From contig NC_086098.1 of NCBI RefSeq assembly GCF_963921235.1, positions 155,496,001 to 155,560,000 of the forward strand: a stretch of 64,000 nt of DNA, in the 5' to 3' direction. Source of the stretch: Mobula hypostoma. Lineage: Eukaryota. A program made the position numbers and the translations under genes. The notes beneath the pieces are model-generated. The model saw only the letters and a program-made list of their open reading frames with translations. It did not search any database and was not told the origin of the DNA. Below are positions 49,986 through 62,626 of this stretch, piece after piece (the stretch's first letter is position 1; each line of letters begins with the position of its first letter).

Positions 49986-52900
49986 TAGGGTTTCTCAACA
50001 GGGATTCCGCGTGAGGTCGCCAGGAATTCCTCGACAGACCGTGATAAAAAAAACATAGTTTTTTTGAACTTCGAGAAATTCGCGGTTCTAGCGCTTGCAG
50101 CCGTGGGCAGTGACCGAACAGCCCCGTTAGCAATCTCGTTAGAGGTCGAGATTGCTCTCAGCCCAGTGTGGCAGTGCGCGGCAGCACCACGTTTATTTGC
50201 TTGAGACCATTCTCAGTTTTTGACGCGAGATAGGGAAAGCGTTGATAATTTGTGAGCGCTGTATTGCACGGAGGGGAGGACGGTAGGCTGATAATTGGTG
50301 AATGCTGTATTGCACGGAGGGGAGGACGGTAGGCTGATAATTGGTGAATGCTGTATTGAACGGAGGGGAGGACGGTAGGCTGATAATTGGTGAATGCTGT
50401 ATTGCACGGAGGGGAGGACGGTAGGCTGATAATTGGTGAATGCTGTATTGCACGGAGGGGAGGACGGTGGGCTGTTAATTGGTGAATGCTGTATTGCACG
50501 GAGGGGAGGACGGTAGGCTGTTAATTGATGAATGCTGTATTGAACGGAGGGGAGGACGGTAGGCTGATAATTGGTGAATGCTGTATTGCACGGAGGGGAG
50601 GACGGTAGGCTGATAATTGGTGAATGCTGTATTGAACGGAGGGGAGGACGGTAGGCTGATAATTGGTGAATGCTGTATTGCACGGAGGGGAGGACGGTAG
50701 GCTGATAATTGGTGAATGCTGTATTGCACGGAGGGGAGGACGGTGGGCTGTTAATTGGTGAATGCTGTATTGCACGGAGGGGAGGACGGTAGGCTGTTAA
50801 TTGATGAATGCTGTATTGAACGGAGGGGAGGACGGTAGGCTGATAATTGGTGAATGCTGTATTGCACGGAGGGGAGGACGGTAGGCTGATAATTGGTGAA
50901 TGCTGTATTGAACGGAGGGGAGGACGGTAGGCTGATAATTGGTGAATGCTGTATTGCACGGAGGGGAGGACGGTAGGCTGATAATTGGTGAATGCTGTAT
51001 TGCACGGAGGGGAGGACGGTGGGCTGTTAATTGGTGAATGCTGTATTGCACGGAGGGGAGGACGGTAGGCTGTTAATTGATGAATGCTGTATTGAACGGA
51101 GGGGAGGACGGTAGGCTGATAATTGGTGAATGCTGTATTGCACGGAGGGGACGACGGTTGGCTGATGAGGAGCGCGAAGTGCGTTTTCCGAACTTTGAAT
51201 GGGATTCGCCCAACTTGTGCTGTGACGTCAGCCTCTTCCTTATCACTTAACTCCCCTAACTTCTCTTTACAGGCGCCGAATGACTAAGGGAAGCGAACAA
51301 ACCACCAATGTAGCGAGAATTGGAGAGAACTTTCCATTCTAAAGAAGGAAGTTTTAGACTCAGCTTTTGGCTTTGCTGTTGTTGTAAATTTTGCAAAGGT
51401 GGATTGTGTAGTTTAGAAGTGAATTGTATTGTGAACCCGTCCTGCCGAAGGGCTTTGGCTCCTAACGTCGACTGTACTTTTTTCCCCATAGATGCTGCCT
51501 GGCCTGCTGAGTCCCTCTAGCATTTAGTCTGTGTTGCTCCGATTTCTAGCACCTGCAGATTTTCTTATGGTTCTGTATTGTGAAGTTTTCGTATTTTCTG
51601 CGGTTTATTTTTTCGTTCAGTTATGTATTATGCCTTTCTTATTATATAATCCGTCTTTATAATGGAAGTTACTTTTCAGTGGGTTTTACATGGATTGGTG
51701 ATACAAGTTGTCCTATTCCATTGTGTCTAGTCTGTGACAAACAACTTGTAAATGCAGCAATGGCTCCAGAAAAACTGAGAAGGTACTTAACTACAAATCA
51801 CAGCCGTATGACACGTAGAAAGCTAATTATTGTACGCGGCTATTGGAAGCTTAAAACAAACAGAGTAAAGCTTTTGTTAATAAAGTCAGTCAGTAAAAGG
51901 TTTCGGAAGTAAGCTATTACCCACAAAAAGAAACGTCACACAGTTGGTGAGAACTTAACAATGCCAAGATGTAAAATTATAATGGGTAAAATTCTAGGGC
52001 AAGGTGCAGTACGAAAAATTGAAAAGATTTCACCTACAAACGGTATGATAGTCGATGTATTGTTGACATGTCACATGATACTGAAGAGGTTTTGTGTGAT
52101 AAACTGAAAAACAACAGCTTCTCTATCAAGGTTGATGAGTCAACAGATTTCTCCAATAAATGTCATGTTGTAGCATTTGTAAAATTTATAAATGATGGTG
52201 AAATTCAAGAAACCTTTTTTTTATCGTTGCAAAGAGCTGACCGAAAAAAGAATAGGCTTAGATATATTTAATGTCTGGTCTTCATATCTGGAAACAAAGT
52301 GTCTATCTTGGGGGAACTGTGTTGACGACTGTACTGATGGTGCCCCATCAATGGTTGGTTCCATGAGAGGTTACGTTTCTCTTGTGAAACCCGCTTTTAC
52401 TGGCTGTCTCTGGAAAACCAACTCGTTAGCCCCTCGCTAATAACTATTGGATTCCGCGGTGATAAACCCATCTTTCTCCAGCTTCGTACGACTAGGGTGT
52501 ATACAACTTTGGTACAGGCAAATCCTGGTTGTGTGAATGCTGTATGATTCGCTGCCCTCGGCAGGAAATAACAGATCGTACACTGCACACAATTTATAAA
52601 ATATATTTAAGAATGTTGATTTAAACAAATAGTTATTAAATGAAAGAAAGAAAATAAAAACAAAAAGAGCCCATTACTCTAAAACAGTCAAATGTGTTCT
52701 TAAGTTGGAGCTCATCTTGAACTTGTCTGTCACTCACGCGCTGGACCCTAGGTCTGGTGAAAGCACACATCACTATCCGAGCGTCGCTCGAAATCCATCT
52801 CGGACAAACGGGTCTCCCACGGGAGTATTGGTTCTTCCTTCTGAAGCCATTCATCTACACAAAGACCTTATGCAACAGGCACGGCAGCCTCAGCCATCTT

Positions 52901-53599
52901 TCCCCCCTGTCTTCTTCCCGCTGCCGCCAACAAGAACCTTCAACGCAGTGTTCTCCAGAACCTTCTCTGAATTCCACTATCCTGATTGGCTGGCAGCACA
53001 TTCCTAAGTTGAAGAACAAAACCTCTTATTTTAGCTCAAACCCAAACAAGCTGAAAGCAGAACAGACTCCTCTTGCAGAACGGCTAAAATGAAATACCTA
53101 CAGCATAGCAGTAAAAATCTTAACCCGGGCGTTACACCTGTTAAAAAGAACATTCTGATGTTCTCACAACACACTCCTTGGATATTGCAAACAATTTTGC
53201 ATGCTATAAATAGCATTAATTGAAATTAATTTACAACCTTTATTTAAGTTGAATCTACCGACCATACCTTTAGAAAAATTAAATCTCATTTTGTCTTAAG
53301 CCAGTTCTTTAACTGAAATTTGTTATGTTTTCATTGAGCTTATTAACATTTATGAAAGGGAAAGTAAAAGCTTAATTTCAAGAAAGGCAAGCTAAGCTTA
53401 ACTACCTGTTTTTTTAAAGAAAAAATTGGCTAAAAATTCGTACTGTTCTGAAAAGAGTATCGACAATTATTATTGCATTATGATATTGACAACTTACTGA
53501 TCACGCTAACGTACCGTCTGCTGTGGATATAATAATTGTTACGCAGACCTGACATGTATTTCAAGGGTTCCTCCAGGGCAAAAAGTTTGAGAAAGGCTG
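49986..53599 (+). mobile_element. Decayed hAT transposon of the Charlie/Buster (ZBED5/SCAND3-like) group
   Basis: Termini TAGGGTTTCTCAAC and GTTTGAGAAAGGCTG, right flank CTCTAGAG (hAT-type target). Transposase fragments GFTWIGD..P.PLCLVC..MAPEKLRR, FSIKVDESTD and CTDGAPSMVG at about 51680-52390. Confidence 0.82.
50241..51166. repeat. 46-bp minisatellite, 20 units, organised as three 276-bp higher-order repeats
   Basis: Unit GCTGATAATTGGTGAATGCTGTATTGCACGGAGGGGAGGACGGTAG. Variant order A-B-A-C-D-E is repeated at 50287, 50563 and 50839. Confidence 0.95.
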
Positions 53600-54320
53600 C
53601 TCTAGAGTGTTAAGTATATCCTGTCCACATGGAATTAACCCCTACGCCCAGATGCAAAACGGTCGACTCCTTTTCATGTCAGCGCATTCGCATCCATCCT
53701 TTGAAAGGGATTTACAACCTGAGCGTCTCGGTAGTGTAACAGTTAGCGCGACGCTCTTACAGCTTGCGGTAGCGGAGTTCGGAGTTCAATCTCGACGTCC
53801 TCTGTAAAGAATTCGTACATTCCTCCCCGTGAACGCGCGGGTTTCCACCCGCCCCCCATATTCCAAAGATCGATATTATAACTTGTCCTGTGATTAGCCT
53901 GGGATTAATAGATGGATTGCTGGGTTTTGCGGCTTATTGGGTCGGAATTGCCATGCAAATAAATTAAAAAAAAAGTTGCAGGTGCCGTCTTATTAAGATA
54001 GTATGTGAATACACTATTGGTTTATTTACCAATATGATCAAAGCCTCTTGCTTTAATCGATTGCTTTAATTTTCAATTCGTGTGGATGGTTAGAAGCAAC
54101 AGAAGGGGCCGCAAGGCTTGTTTCATTAACATTCTGACTGGTTTTGTGGCTGTTCGTGAACTTCAGTAATGCATGCTATTTGCGTATTTTATTTGCTTGC
54201 AAGATTTGTTTTTCCTTCTGCACAGTGGGTGTTTGACGGCTTTCGTTTTTAATGGGTTATATTGGGTTTCTTTGTTTTGTGGCTGCTTGTCAGGAGATGG
54301 ATATCAATGTTGTATATTGT

Positions 54321-54670
54321 TGTCACGTACCCCGTGACGGGAATAAAGAACCAGCAGAGATGGAAAACACTTTGGAGTCTAGTATTGCTATTAACTAATA
54401 ATATTTATTAGTAACTACGGAATACAGTAATATAAATGTAGATAAATCAAACAGGTTAGCAATGATTATATATATATATATGTACGTATATCAGCAGAAA
54501 TCCAAAAGTTACTTCCAGTGCCTTAAAGTGACAGTCCAACAGTTAGTCTTAGTCTCTCTCTCCCTCTCTCTCTCTCACTCTTTTCAAAACAACATGTCGG
54601 TGTCAAATAACTCTCTTTCTCTCTCTTTTCAAAAGCACAGTTCACAGGGGTAATTCAGGACCCCGTCACA
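54321..54670 (-). repeat. 3' LTR (internally deleted, 350 bp)
   Basis: Matches both ends of 62295-63291 but lacks the middle. Adjacent to the PPT. Confidence 0.9.
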
Positions 54671-54682
54671 CTCCCCTTCCTC
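54671..54682 (-). other. Polypurine tract GAGGAAGGGGAG
   Basis: Purine run on the minus strand immediately 5' of the 3' LTR. Confidence 0.85.
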
Positions 54683-54874
54683 AGAAAAAAATTCTGACGA
54701 AGGCGAGAGTTTTTTTTAGTCTAAATGTAAAGTACACAGTTTGAAACAATACAGGTAAAATCATCAGATGACAGAGCAAAAATGTGTACAATTTCCAACT
54801 TAATATCTGGATAACTAATCAGCTATAATATTGTCAGTACCTTTTACATGTTTGATTTTTAAGTCATATTCTTG

Positions 54875-55739
54875 TGTTACATGGTCAAGGAGATCTGTTT
54901 TTTTTGTGAGAATGATGTAATGGTCTTTTGGAGGTCACCTGATGTGATTTTCCCGCCGATGTGAGGTCACGTAATGACATGTGCCCTCCGTGACTATATA
55001 AGAGTCGACCCAGGTGACACAGTGGGTTTTTTTTTAGTTTGTAGATTTCCAGGTAGAACGTGCTGTATCTCCGTTTCTGCTGCGTGCTTGTTTTTATGAC
55101 GCAGTTTCATTTTTAAAACGGCTGTGCGTTCTGTTGCAAGATACAATTATTATTTGGACTGGAAATTTTTGCTAAATGTGTTGATTTACTCAATTCCAAC
55201 ATTAGAGGGAGAGTGAAGAATTTATCGAAGTGCAGGATCGAGGGATCGAGAGGAGTCGGCATCGTTTGGCAGTTTCATAAAGGATCGACCTTATTGAGTC
55301 TTCGTTGGAGTAGTAGCTACCTGCATTAAAGATAACTCTTGCCAAAAAAAGAAAGGAGTTCATGCAAAAAGATGCTCTCTCTCTCTAAAGGAATTTGAGG
55401 TCAGTCTATTTAAACTGTTTATTTTCGGCATCGTGAATCCTGTGGACAGAACCAGAGGTAAAGTTGCGTCTGTGAAGAAATCCTTCTCCAGAGAAGTCTC
55501 TCCCAATTGAACGTGTAAATCTGTTGGACTTACGAAGTTATCGCTTTAAGAACTGTTTTCGCATTTAACGCTTTAAGAACCAGAGCCCAGTGGCGGGTTG
55601 GTGAAGGGCTGCATATCTGTTAACTTCCGGTTCAGGTTTTCGTTTTTTTTTCCTTATCGTTTATCCGTGTTTAATAAATGTTTGGTTGTTTTTATATAAC
55701 CTGTCTCGATTGATATTCATTGTTGCCGTTTACATAACA
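54875..55739 (+). mobile_element. Solo LTR (865 bp) of a second family inserted in the host RNase H
   Basis: TGTTAC...TAACA termini, TATATAA and AATAAA inside, TSD CTTG/CTTA. Host frame reads LNWSLMS | QEYDLKIKHVKG across the insertion. Confidence 0.85.
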
Positions 55740-55740
55740 C

Positions 55741-56403
55741 TTATGACATCAGACTCCAATTTAACAACCTTCTATTATTCTTCATCTTAGTTAGAAATAT
55801 CAACGGATTATAACCCATGTAAACTACAAGTGATCTCTGGGCAACAGAAAGATTTCGAGGCCTCTGCACATAGACCTCAAAATGTTGTAAGATCAGAATA
55901 AGTGCTAATAATTCCTTTTCAACAGTTGAATAATCTTTCCGGTGTACATTAAATTTCTTTGAGAAATAAGCTACTGGATGTTCAATGTCATTCACTTCTT
56001 CCTGTAACAGTACTGCACCAGCAGCTTCATCACTAGCGTCTGTTGCTATAGAAAATAGGTTTGAAAAATCTGGTGCTTTGAGCACAGGATGATAACACAG
56101 GATGATAACACAGGATGATAACACAGGATGATTTTCAGACGTTCAAATGCCTCCTGGCAATGGTCATTCCATACAAATCTTTCACTCTTCCCTAGGAGAT
56201 TTGTTAGGGGGAGAGCGACGTCAGCAAAGTTCTTACAGCACTTATAATAATACCTAACCATTCCTAAAAACCTTCTTAAAGCTTCCTTGCCAGTCGGAAC
56301 AGGAACTTGAGCAACAGCTTGAACCTTGGCCTGTCCAGGAGCCAGGTGGACCTGGCCAACTACATAACCCAGATATGTAACTGTGGCATGGCCAAACTCA
56401 CTT
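55741..56403 (-). pseudogene. Gypsy RT C-terminal part and RNase H relic
   Basis: EFGHATVTYLGYVVG, LRRFLGMV.YY, TDASDEAAGAVLLQ, HPVAYFSKKF, YSTVEKELLAL. Confidence 0.9.
56083..56132. repeat. 13-bp tandem repeat CACAGGATGATAA x about 3.8
   Basis: Units start at 56083, 56096, 56109 and 56122. Confidence 0.95.
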
Positions 56404-59171
56404 TTATGTAGTGGACGGGAGACATTGACCAAGATGGCATGCAACTTAGACAGCATCCTCTTTTCAGACACTACCGTGAGAGAGTCCAGTTCCATCCCCA
56501 CAACATCACTGGCCTTAAGAATGAGTTTGTTGATTCTGTTGGTATCTGCTACCCTCAGCTCGCTGCCCCAGCACACAACAGCAAACATGATAGCACTGGC
56601 CACCACATACTCGTAGAACATCCTCAGTATCGTCCGGCAGATGTTAAAGGACCCCAGTCTCCTCAGGAAATAGAGACGGCTCTGACCCTTCTTGTAGTCA
56701 GCCTCAGTATTCTTTGACCAGTCCAGTTTATTGTCAATTCGTATCCCCAGGTATTTGTAATCCTCCACCATGTCCACACAGACCCCCTGGATGAACATAG
56801 GGGTCACCAGTACCTTAGCTCTCCTCAGGTCTACCACCAGCTTCTTAGCCTTTTTCACATTAAGCTGCAGATAATTCTGCTCACACCATGTGACAAAGTT
56901 TCCTACCGTAGCCCTGTACTCAGTCTCATCTCCCTTGCTGATGCATCCAACTATGGCAGAGTCATCCTAAAACTTCTGAAGATGACAAGACTCTGTGCAG
57001 TAGTTGAAGTCCGAGGTGTAAATGGTGAAGAGAAAGGGAGACAAGACAGTCCCCTGTGGAGCCCCAGTGCTGCTGATCACTCTGTCGGGCACACAGTGTT
57101 GCAAGCATACGTACTGTGGTCTGCCAGTCAGGTAATCAAGAATTCATGACACCAGGAAAGCATCCACCTGCATCGCTGTCAGCTTCTCCCCCAGCAGAGC
57201 AGGGCGAATGGTATTGAATGCACTGGAGAAGTCAAAAAACATGACCCTGACAGTGCTTGCTGGCTTGTCCAAGTGGGCGTAGACACGGTTCAGCAGGTAG
57301 ACGATGGCATCCCCAACTCCTAGTCGGGGCAGGTAGGCGAACTGGAGGGGATCTAAGTGTGACCTGACCATAGGCCGGAGCAGCTCCAGAACAAGTTTCT
57401 CCAGGGTCTTCATGATGTGGGAGGTCAATGCCACCGGTCTGTAGTCATTGAGGCCGCTGGGGCGCGGCGTCTTCGGCACAGGGACGAGGCAGGACGTCTT
57501 CCACAGTACAGGAACCCTCCGGAGCCTCAGGATCAGGTTGAATACATGGCGAAGTACTCCACATAGCTGAGGGGCACAGGCTTTGAGCACCCTGGTACTG
57601 ACACCATCCGGTCGTGCAGCCTTGCTTGGGTTGAGACGTTTCAGCTGTCTTCTCACCTGTTCAGCTGTGAAGCCCACCGTGGTGGTTTCGTGTGGGGAAG
57701 GGGTATAGTCATGATAGCAGGGTGCGGGACTGTGAGGAGGGGTAGGGGGGGAGAGTGCAATAGGTGTTGGTTGGGTCCGACAACAGATGGCTCATGTGGG
57801 GGATGGGCAGGGGTCACAATGTCAAATCTGTTAAAGAACAGGTTAAGTTTATTGACCCTGTCCACACTGCGTTGAGCTCCTCTGTTGCTAGTTTGCCGGA
57901 ACCCAGTGCTGGTCCTCACCCCTTCCAGACCTCTTTCATGTTGTTCTGCTGGAGTTTCCACTCAAGCTTCCTCCTATACCTGTCTTTAGCCTCCCTGATC
58001 CTGGCTTTCAGGTCCCTCTGTATTGCCCTCAGCTCCTCCCTATTTCCATCTCTAAATGCCCTCTTTTTAGCGTTCAGGATGTCCTCAGTGTCCTTTGTCA
58101 CCCATGGCTTGCTATTTGAATATCAAAGGACAGTTCTTGTCGGATCATTGCAGTCCACACAGAAGTTGATGTAATCAGTGAAGCACTATGTGAGCCCATC
58201 AATATCCTCTCCGTGTGGCTCACAGAGTGCCTGCCAGTCTGTCACCTCAAAACAACCCTGGAGCGCTTCATAAGCCTCCTCCGACCATTTTCTCACTGTC
58301 CTCGAGGTTGCTGGTTTACTCTTCACCAGGGGCACGTAGCAGGGTTTTAGATGCACCAGGTTGTGATCTGACCTTCCCAGGGAGGGATGTACACAACAAC
58401 CATAATTGCATGCGAGATTTCCCTTGACAAATAATAAGGCCGGTGTCCAACAGCAAAAAGTTCAATATCCGGGCTACAAACACGTTCCTTGATAGTAATA
58501 TGCCCAGGATTGCACCATCTGTTGTTTACGAGAACCGCCAGCCCCCTCCTTTACGCTTACCGCTCTCAGTGCAATTCCGGTCAGCCCGAACGGTCTGGAA
58601 GCTCTCTATGGAAACGCTTCGATCGGGTATGTCCTCGTTCAGCCACGTCTCAGTAAAGCACATGACACTGCTCTCCCGAAATGTTCTCTGACTCCTGACA
58701 AGCGCCGTCAGTTCGTCGATTTTATTCCCAGGCGATCTTCACATTTCCCATGATGAGAGAGGGGAGACACGGCTTATAACTTCTCTTCTCCATAAGCCTC
58801 TGTTATCCCGACCCGGTCCTCTTCCCTCGCCTTTTTGATTCCCCTCTGCATCCTCTGATGTTTTCCTCCAGATTTCAGCCGGGATGTCCGTTGCTCTGTT
58901 TGCTAAACCGGGGGACATGAGCGCAATCAGTTGGTCCCTGGAATACGCAATGCGGCCATCCTGCTGCCACGCTAACGAGACGTGTCCGAATGTAACTATT
59001 TCCAGCGCTAGAAACAAGTAAAACTCTCTCCACCAGCGTGTTAGAGAGGGTGCAGCTCCAACGTGCTACCGTGAGAAAAAAAATACAACAAATAACTAAG
59101 TTAAAAAGTTTAGAAGTAAAAAACTACGGAGCAACTGTAACAGGCTGCATGTACGACCGGCGCATGCGCAC
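56404..59171 (-). mobile_element. Rex1/Babar-type LINE with intact 5' end, EN and RT relics, 3' end deleted
   Basis: YSRDQLIAL N-terminus, CFTETW, GGGLAV (EN); DYRPVALTSHIMK, QFAY, FFDFSSAFNTI (RT). Its end matches 6286-6377 and then breaks off. Confidence 0.9.
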
Positions 59172-59423
59172 TATATGACCTGATGGACCTTATCAGTAAT
59201 ATTTTCCAAAACAATGGAATTCTGACATTTTGGTGAGACTAGATTCAGTGGGTAAACATGTTTTTCCACTCCATTATCAGATTCCATGACTCCATTTTGT
59301 GCCATAACAATTCTCCCAGCTGTAATTCTAGCAACCAAGTGTCTTATTTTGATTCGATCTTGTAAACTTTCCTTTGCAAGGACACTAGGAAAAAGTTCAC
59401 GAAAAGCAGATATTCGTTTAAGT

Positions 59424-60560
59424 CAGGGGTCCCCAACCTTTTTTGCGCTGCGGACCGGTGTAAGATTGACAATATTCTTGCGGACTGGCCGACCTGGGAG
59501 CGGTGGGGGGGGGGGGGGGCGGGTAGGGTTGTGAACGGACAAGAGTAGGGTTTGCCCCGAGAAAGACTACAATGACCATGAAGCCTTGCCCGGGCACCAG
59601 TGCGCATGCGTGTACCTGCCGCTATTCTTCTCTGCAAACCGTTTTTGGCGATTCTGTTCGGGGGTGGAGGTGGTGTTAATCACGACCGGAATATTGGTAA
59701 TAAGTGGCTAATACACTCAATTTCGTTTCTAAAAGGGTTTATCTAACGAATTTAATATTAAACACACAGCGCTTATTTTCCTCGCATGAATATAGTGATA
59801 AGTCAATCATCAGGGGAGGATGGGGAGCTTGAAGTATGTGTTGAAAGAACTTGCAGTAGAAGTGGTAGAGGCAGGTTCGATATTATCATTTAAAGAAAAA
59901 TTGGATAGCTATATGGACAGGAAAGGAATGGAGGGTTATGGGCTGAGTGCAGGTCGGTGAGACTAGGTGAGAGTACCTTTCGGCACGGACTAGAAGGGCC
60001 GAGATCGCCTATTTCCGTGCTGTAATTGTTATATGGTTATATAAGTCACTTATAATAGCATCATAACATTTTAAGTAACGTTTGGATATTAAAAATACAG
60101 CGCATATTTTCCTCGTATGAACATATAAAATCATTGCAACGCACCAATATCGCTGAATCAGTGGGAGCCAGCGATACTTGAACGGGGTTCCTTATGTCCA
60201 GTCTATTCCGCAATTTAGTTTTTGTTACATTCATCGCAGAGATATGTTGGAAATGGAAGCAATGTTTTTAGTGCTTCCGTAGCTATCTCAGCATATTCAG
60301 CCTTGACATTGATCCGGAATGCCGGCAGAGATGTTATGTCAAACACTTTTCAGCCCGCCGTCATTTGCAAGTTTGAGGAGTTGATCTCCTTCCCGCGCTG
60401 ACATGGATGACGCGCGGGTTTTGACCTCGCGTGCGTAAAGGCTCAGCAGTGGGCGTGACAGGGAATGAGGAAAGGTGCAGCTGACTCATATCGCCAAATC
60501 ATATCGTTTCGCCGCGGCCCGGTAGCGCATGCTTTGCGGCCCGGTGGTTGGGGACCGCTG
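59424..60560. mobile_element. Complete non-autonomous hAT element (1137 bp)
   Basis: 15-bp TIRs CAGGGGTCCCCAACC / GGTTGGGGACCGCTG and a perfect 8-bp TSD GTTTAAGT (59416-59423 and 60561-60568). Confidence 0.95.
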
Positions 60561-60568
60561 GTTTAAGT

Positions 60569-62250
60569 AGTGTTACCTGAATAATCTGATTAGATTTCCC
60601 AGCAGCTTGACAGGTATGGAAAACCCTGTTACAATTCACAACATCCTTTCTTAAACTAGGCCAGTAAAATTCCTTCGTAATCCTGTTCACTGTCTCTCTC
60701 ACTATATGATGTCCACTTAAAGGCATACTGTAAGCCATGTTTAAAATTTCAGCCCTGTAAACTTCCAGAACCACCACGTGACTTGCAGGCACTGTGGCTG
60801 GTATCCACCTCCTCATCAACACCCCACTGACTCTCTCTTAACCTCCTCTCCTGTGAGAGCTATCTCCTTTAAAGCCACCATTTCAGAATCTCGCTTCTGT
60901 TCCACTATAAATTCCTTCCTCAATAAGGACAAACCTTTCCTTTTCTCCTTGCTTTCCTCAGCCTTACTACCCTCTAAGTCCTGCGGAAATCTGGAAGGTA
61001 GAAAAGACTGTGACACATCATTATAATTTAAACCTCTGGTTTTGCCATCATAGGTCTCAACAACAGCCTTATTCATCAGCTGAATTGCTGAAACACTCTT
61101 ATCTTGGAGAGGTGTCAACATGCCTCCATTGTTTACTAAACTCAGCACCATCACCAGGCTGATGAAAACCATGTATACATTATGGAAGAGGCCAAACAAT
61201 ACATTCATTTGATTACAACTTCCATTTTGACTTTCTTCCTTAGCAACTTCCACCCCAAAACTATAACAATTCTTCTTCTCCTCAACAACATCATAACCTT
61301 GTAGGTGTCCAAACTTCGTCCTGCAAGCAGGGTCAAGAGTCGCGCAACCAATCCACCCTTTTCCAGCACTTTATCCAAAGGTCCAGGAAGAGCAATTTTC
61401 CCATTATTTTCAGCAACACTGACCTTACTAATTTCCACCTTTTCACCAACTTTTAAAACACGGTCTAATACAAATGACTGAGAATCCTCACAATCCACTG
61501 GTACCAAGGTTAACCCCTTATTCACTGAACCAAGATCATCTGACACAAAAAACTGCATTCTTTTCTAACCAAGCCAGACACCTCAGACTTCAACTGAGCC
61601 TCAACACAAGGTTTAGAATCCTGTGAACTCAGAGGTACTTCAACAACCTGAACACATTCAATCGGAACAGCTGCCTCTTCTGGGTTGTCATCATGTGTCT
61701 CAGTTTCAAATTCAAGGTCATCCCGAACCTCTCAGCTATTCTCTGGCAAACATTCATCTGGAGTAAACTCAACCTCGTGGGTTAAAACTTCTTCGTCTGC
61801 TTTTTTATCAACCCCCTGCAGGGTAGCTGCATCCTCTGCATCTGGGTATGCCCTTACATCATCAAGAACACAACTTTTAAATTTATCACACAAAACAAGC
61901 CCTTCGGAGCTGGAAAAATCATCAGGGTCCGACACTGAACTTCTTTGCTGCAACCTCTCTATTTTTTCCAGCTCGAACCGCTTCTGCTTGTCTGCCACGT
62001 GATCCTCACGTTGCCATTTCTCCCTCTCGAGCTGCCTCTGCCTTTCTGCCTCTTCTCTCCGTTTTGCTGCCTTTGCTCTCTGTTTTGCTGCCTCTCTAGC
62101 CTCTCTCTTGAGCTGTCTCAATTTCAATTCTTGCTCCATTCGTAATTTTTCCAACTGAAGCTGAAGCTTATCCTCAATAATAACATCAATTTCTGCTGTA
62201 TTTCCACACAACCAAATCAAAAGGGAATTTCTCCCAATCAATTCAAACAA
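60569..62250 (-). pseudogene. Gypsy gag, protease and integrase Zn-finger relics
   Basis: Coiled-coil gag with DKFKSCV..ADEEVLTH; degenerate protease ..SQSFVL..; integrase H2C2 (GHH..ETVNRI...FYWPSLRKDV..C..CQ..GKSNQ). Confidence 0.8.
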
Positions 62251-62272
62251 GCCTCCCGACCAAATTGTTCAT

Positions 62273-62290
62273 ATCCCGGACGAACCCCCA
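62273..62290 (-). other. Primer-binding site complementary to tRNA-Pro
   Basis: TGGGGGTTCGTCCGGGAT, a 17/18 match to the complement of the tRNA-Pro 3' end (ATCCCGGACGAGCCCCCA), 4 nt inside the 5' LTR. Confidence 0.88.
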
Positions 62291-62294
62291 GTTT

Positions 62295-62585
62295 TGTCAC
62301 GTACACCGTAACAGGAATAAAGAACCAGCAGAGATGGAAAACACTTTGGAGTCCAGTATTGCTATTAACTAATAATATTTATTAGTAACTACGCAAAACA
62401 GTAATATAAATGTAGATAAATCAAACAGGTTAGCAATGATTACATATATAAGTAAGTATATCAGTAAGTGTGGAAATATATGTATGAAAAACCAAGCTTC
62501 TTTAGGTCTAGGGGTAAAAAGATATAGTCTTACGATGATGACTAAAGTTCAGTTCAGTTCAGTTCATGGTATTTAGTTAAGTAGT

Positions 62586-62626
<41 letters not shown>

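Noticed and set aside
50158-51051. Several long repetitive minus-strand ORFs (MQYSIHQLSAYRPP...)
   Set aside because: Artefact of translating the 46-bp minisatellite, which cycles through all frames.
50241-51166. CRISPR-like array
   Set aside because: Contiguous repeats with no unique spacers, in vertebrate DNA.
20645-57100. Isolated CACAGTG/CACTGTG heptamers as orphan RSSs
   Set aside because: No nonamer at 12- or 23-bp spacing in those inspected.
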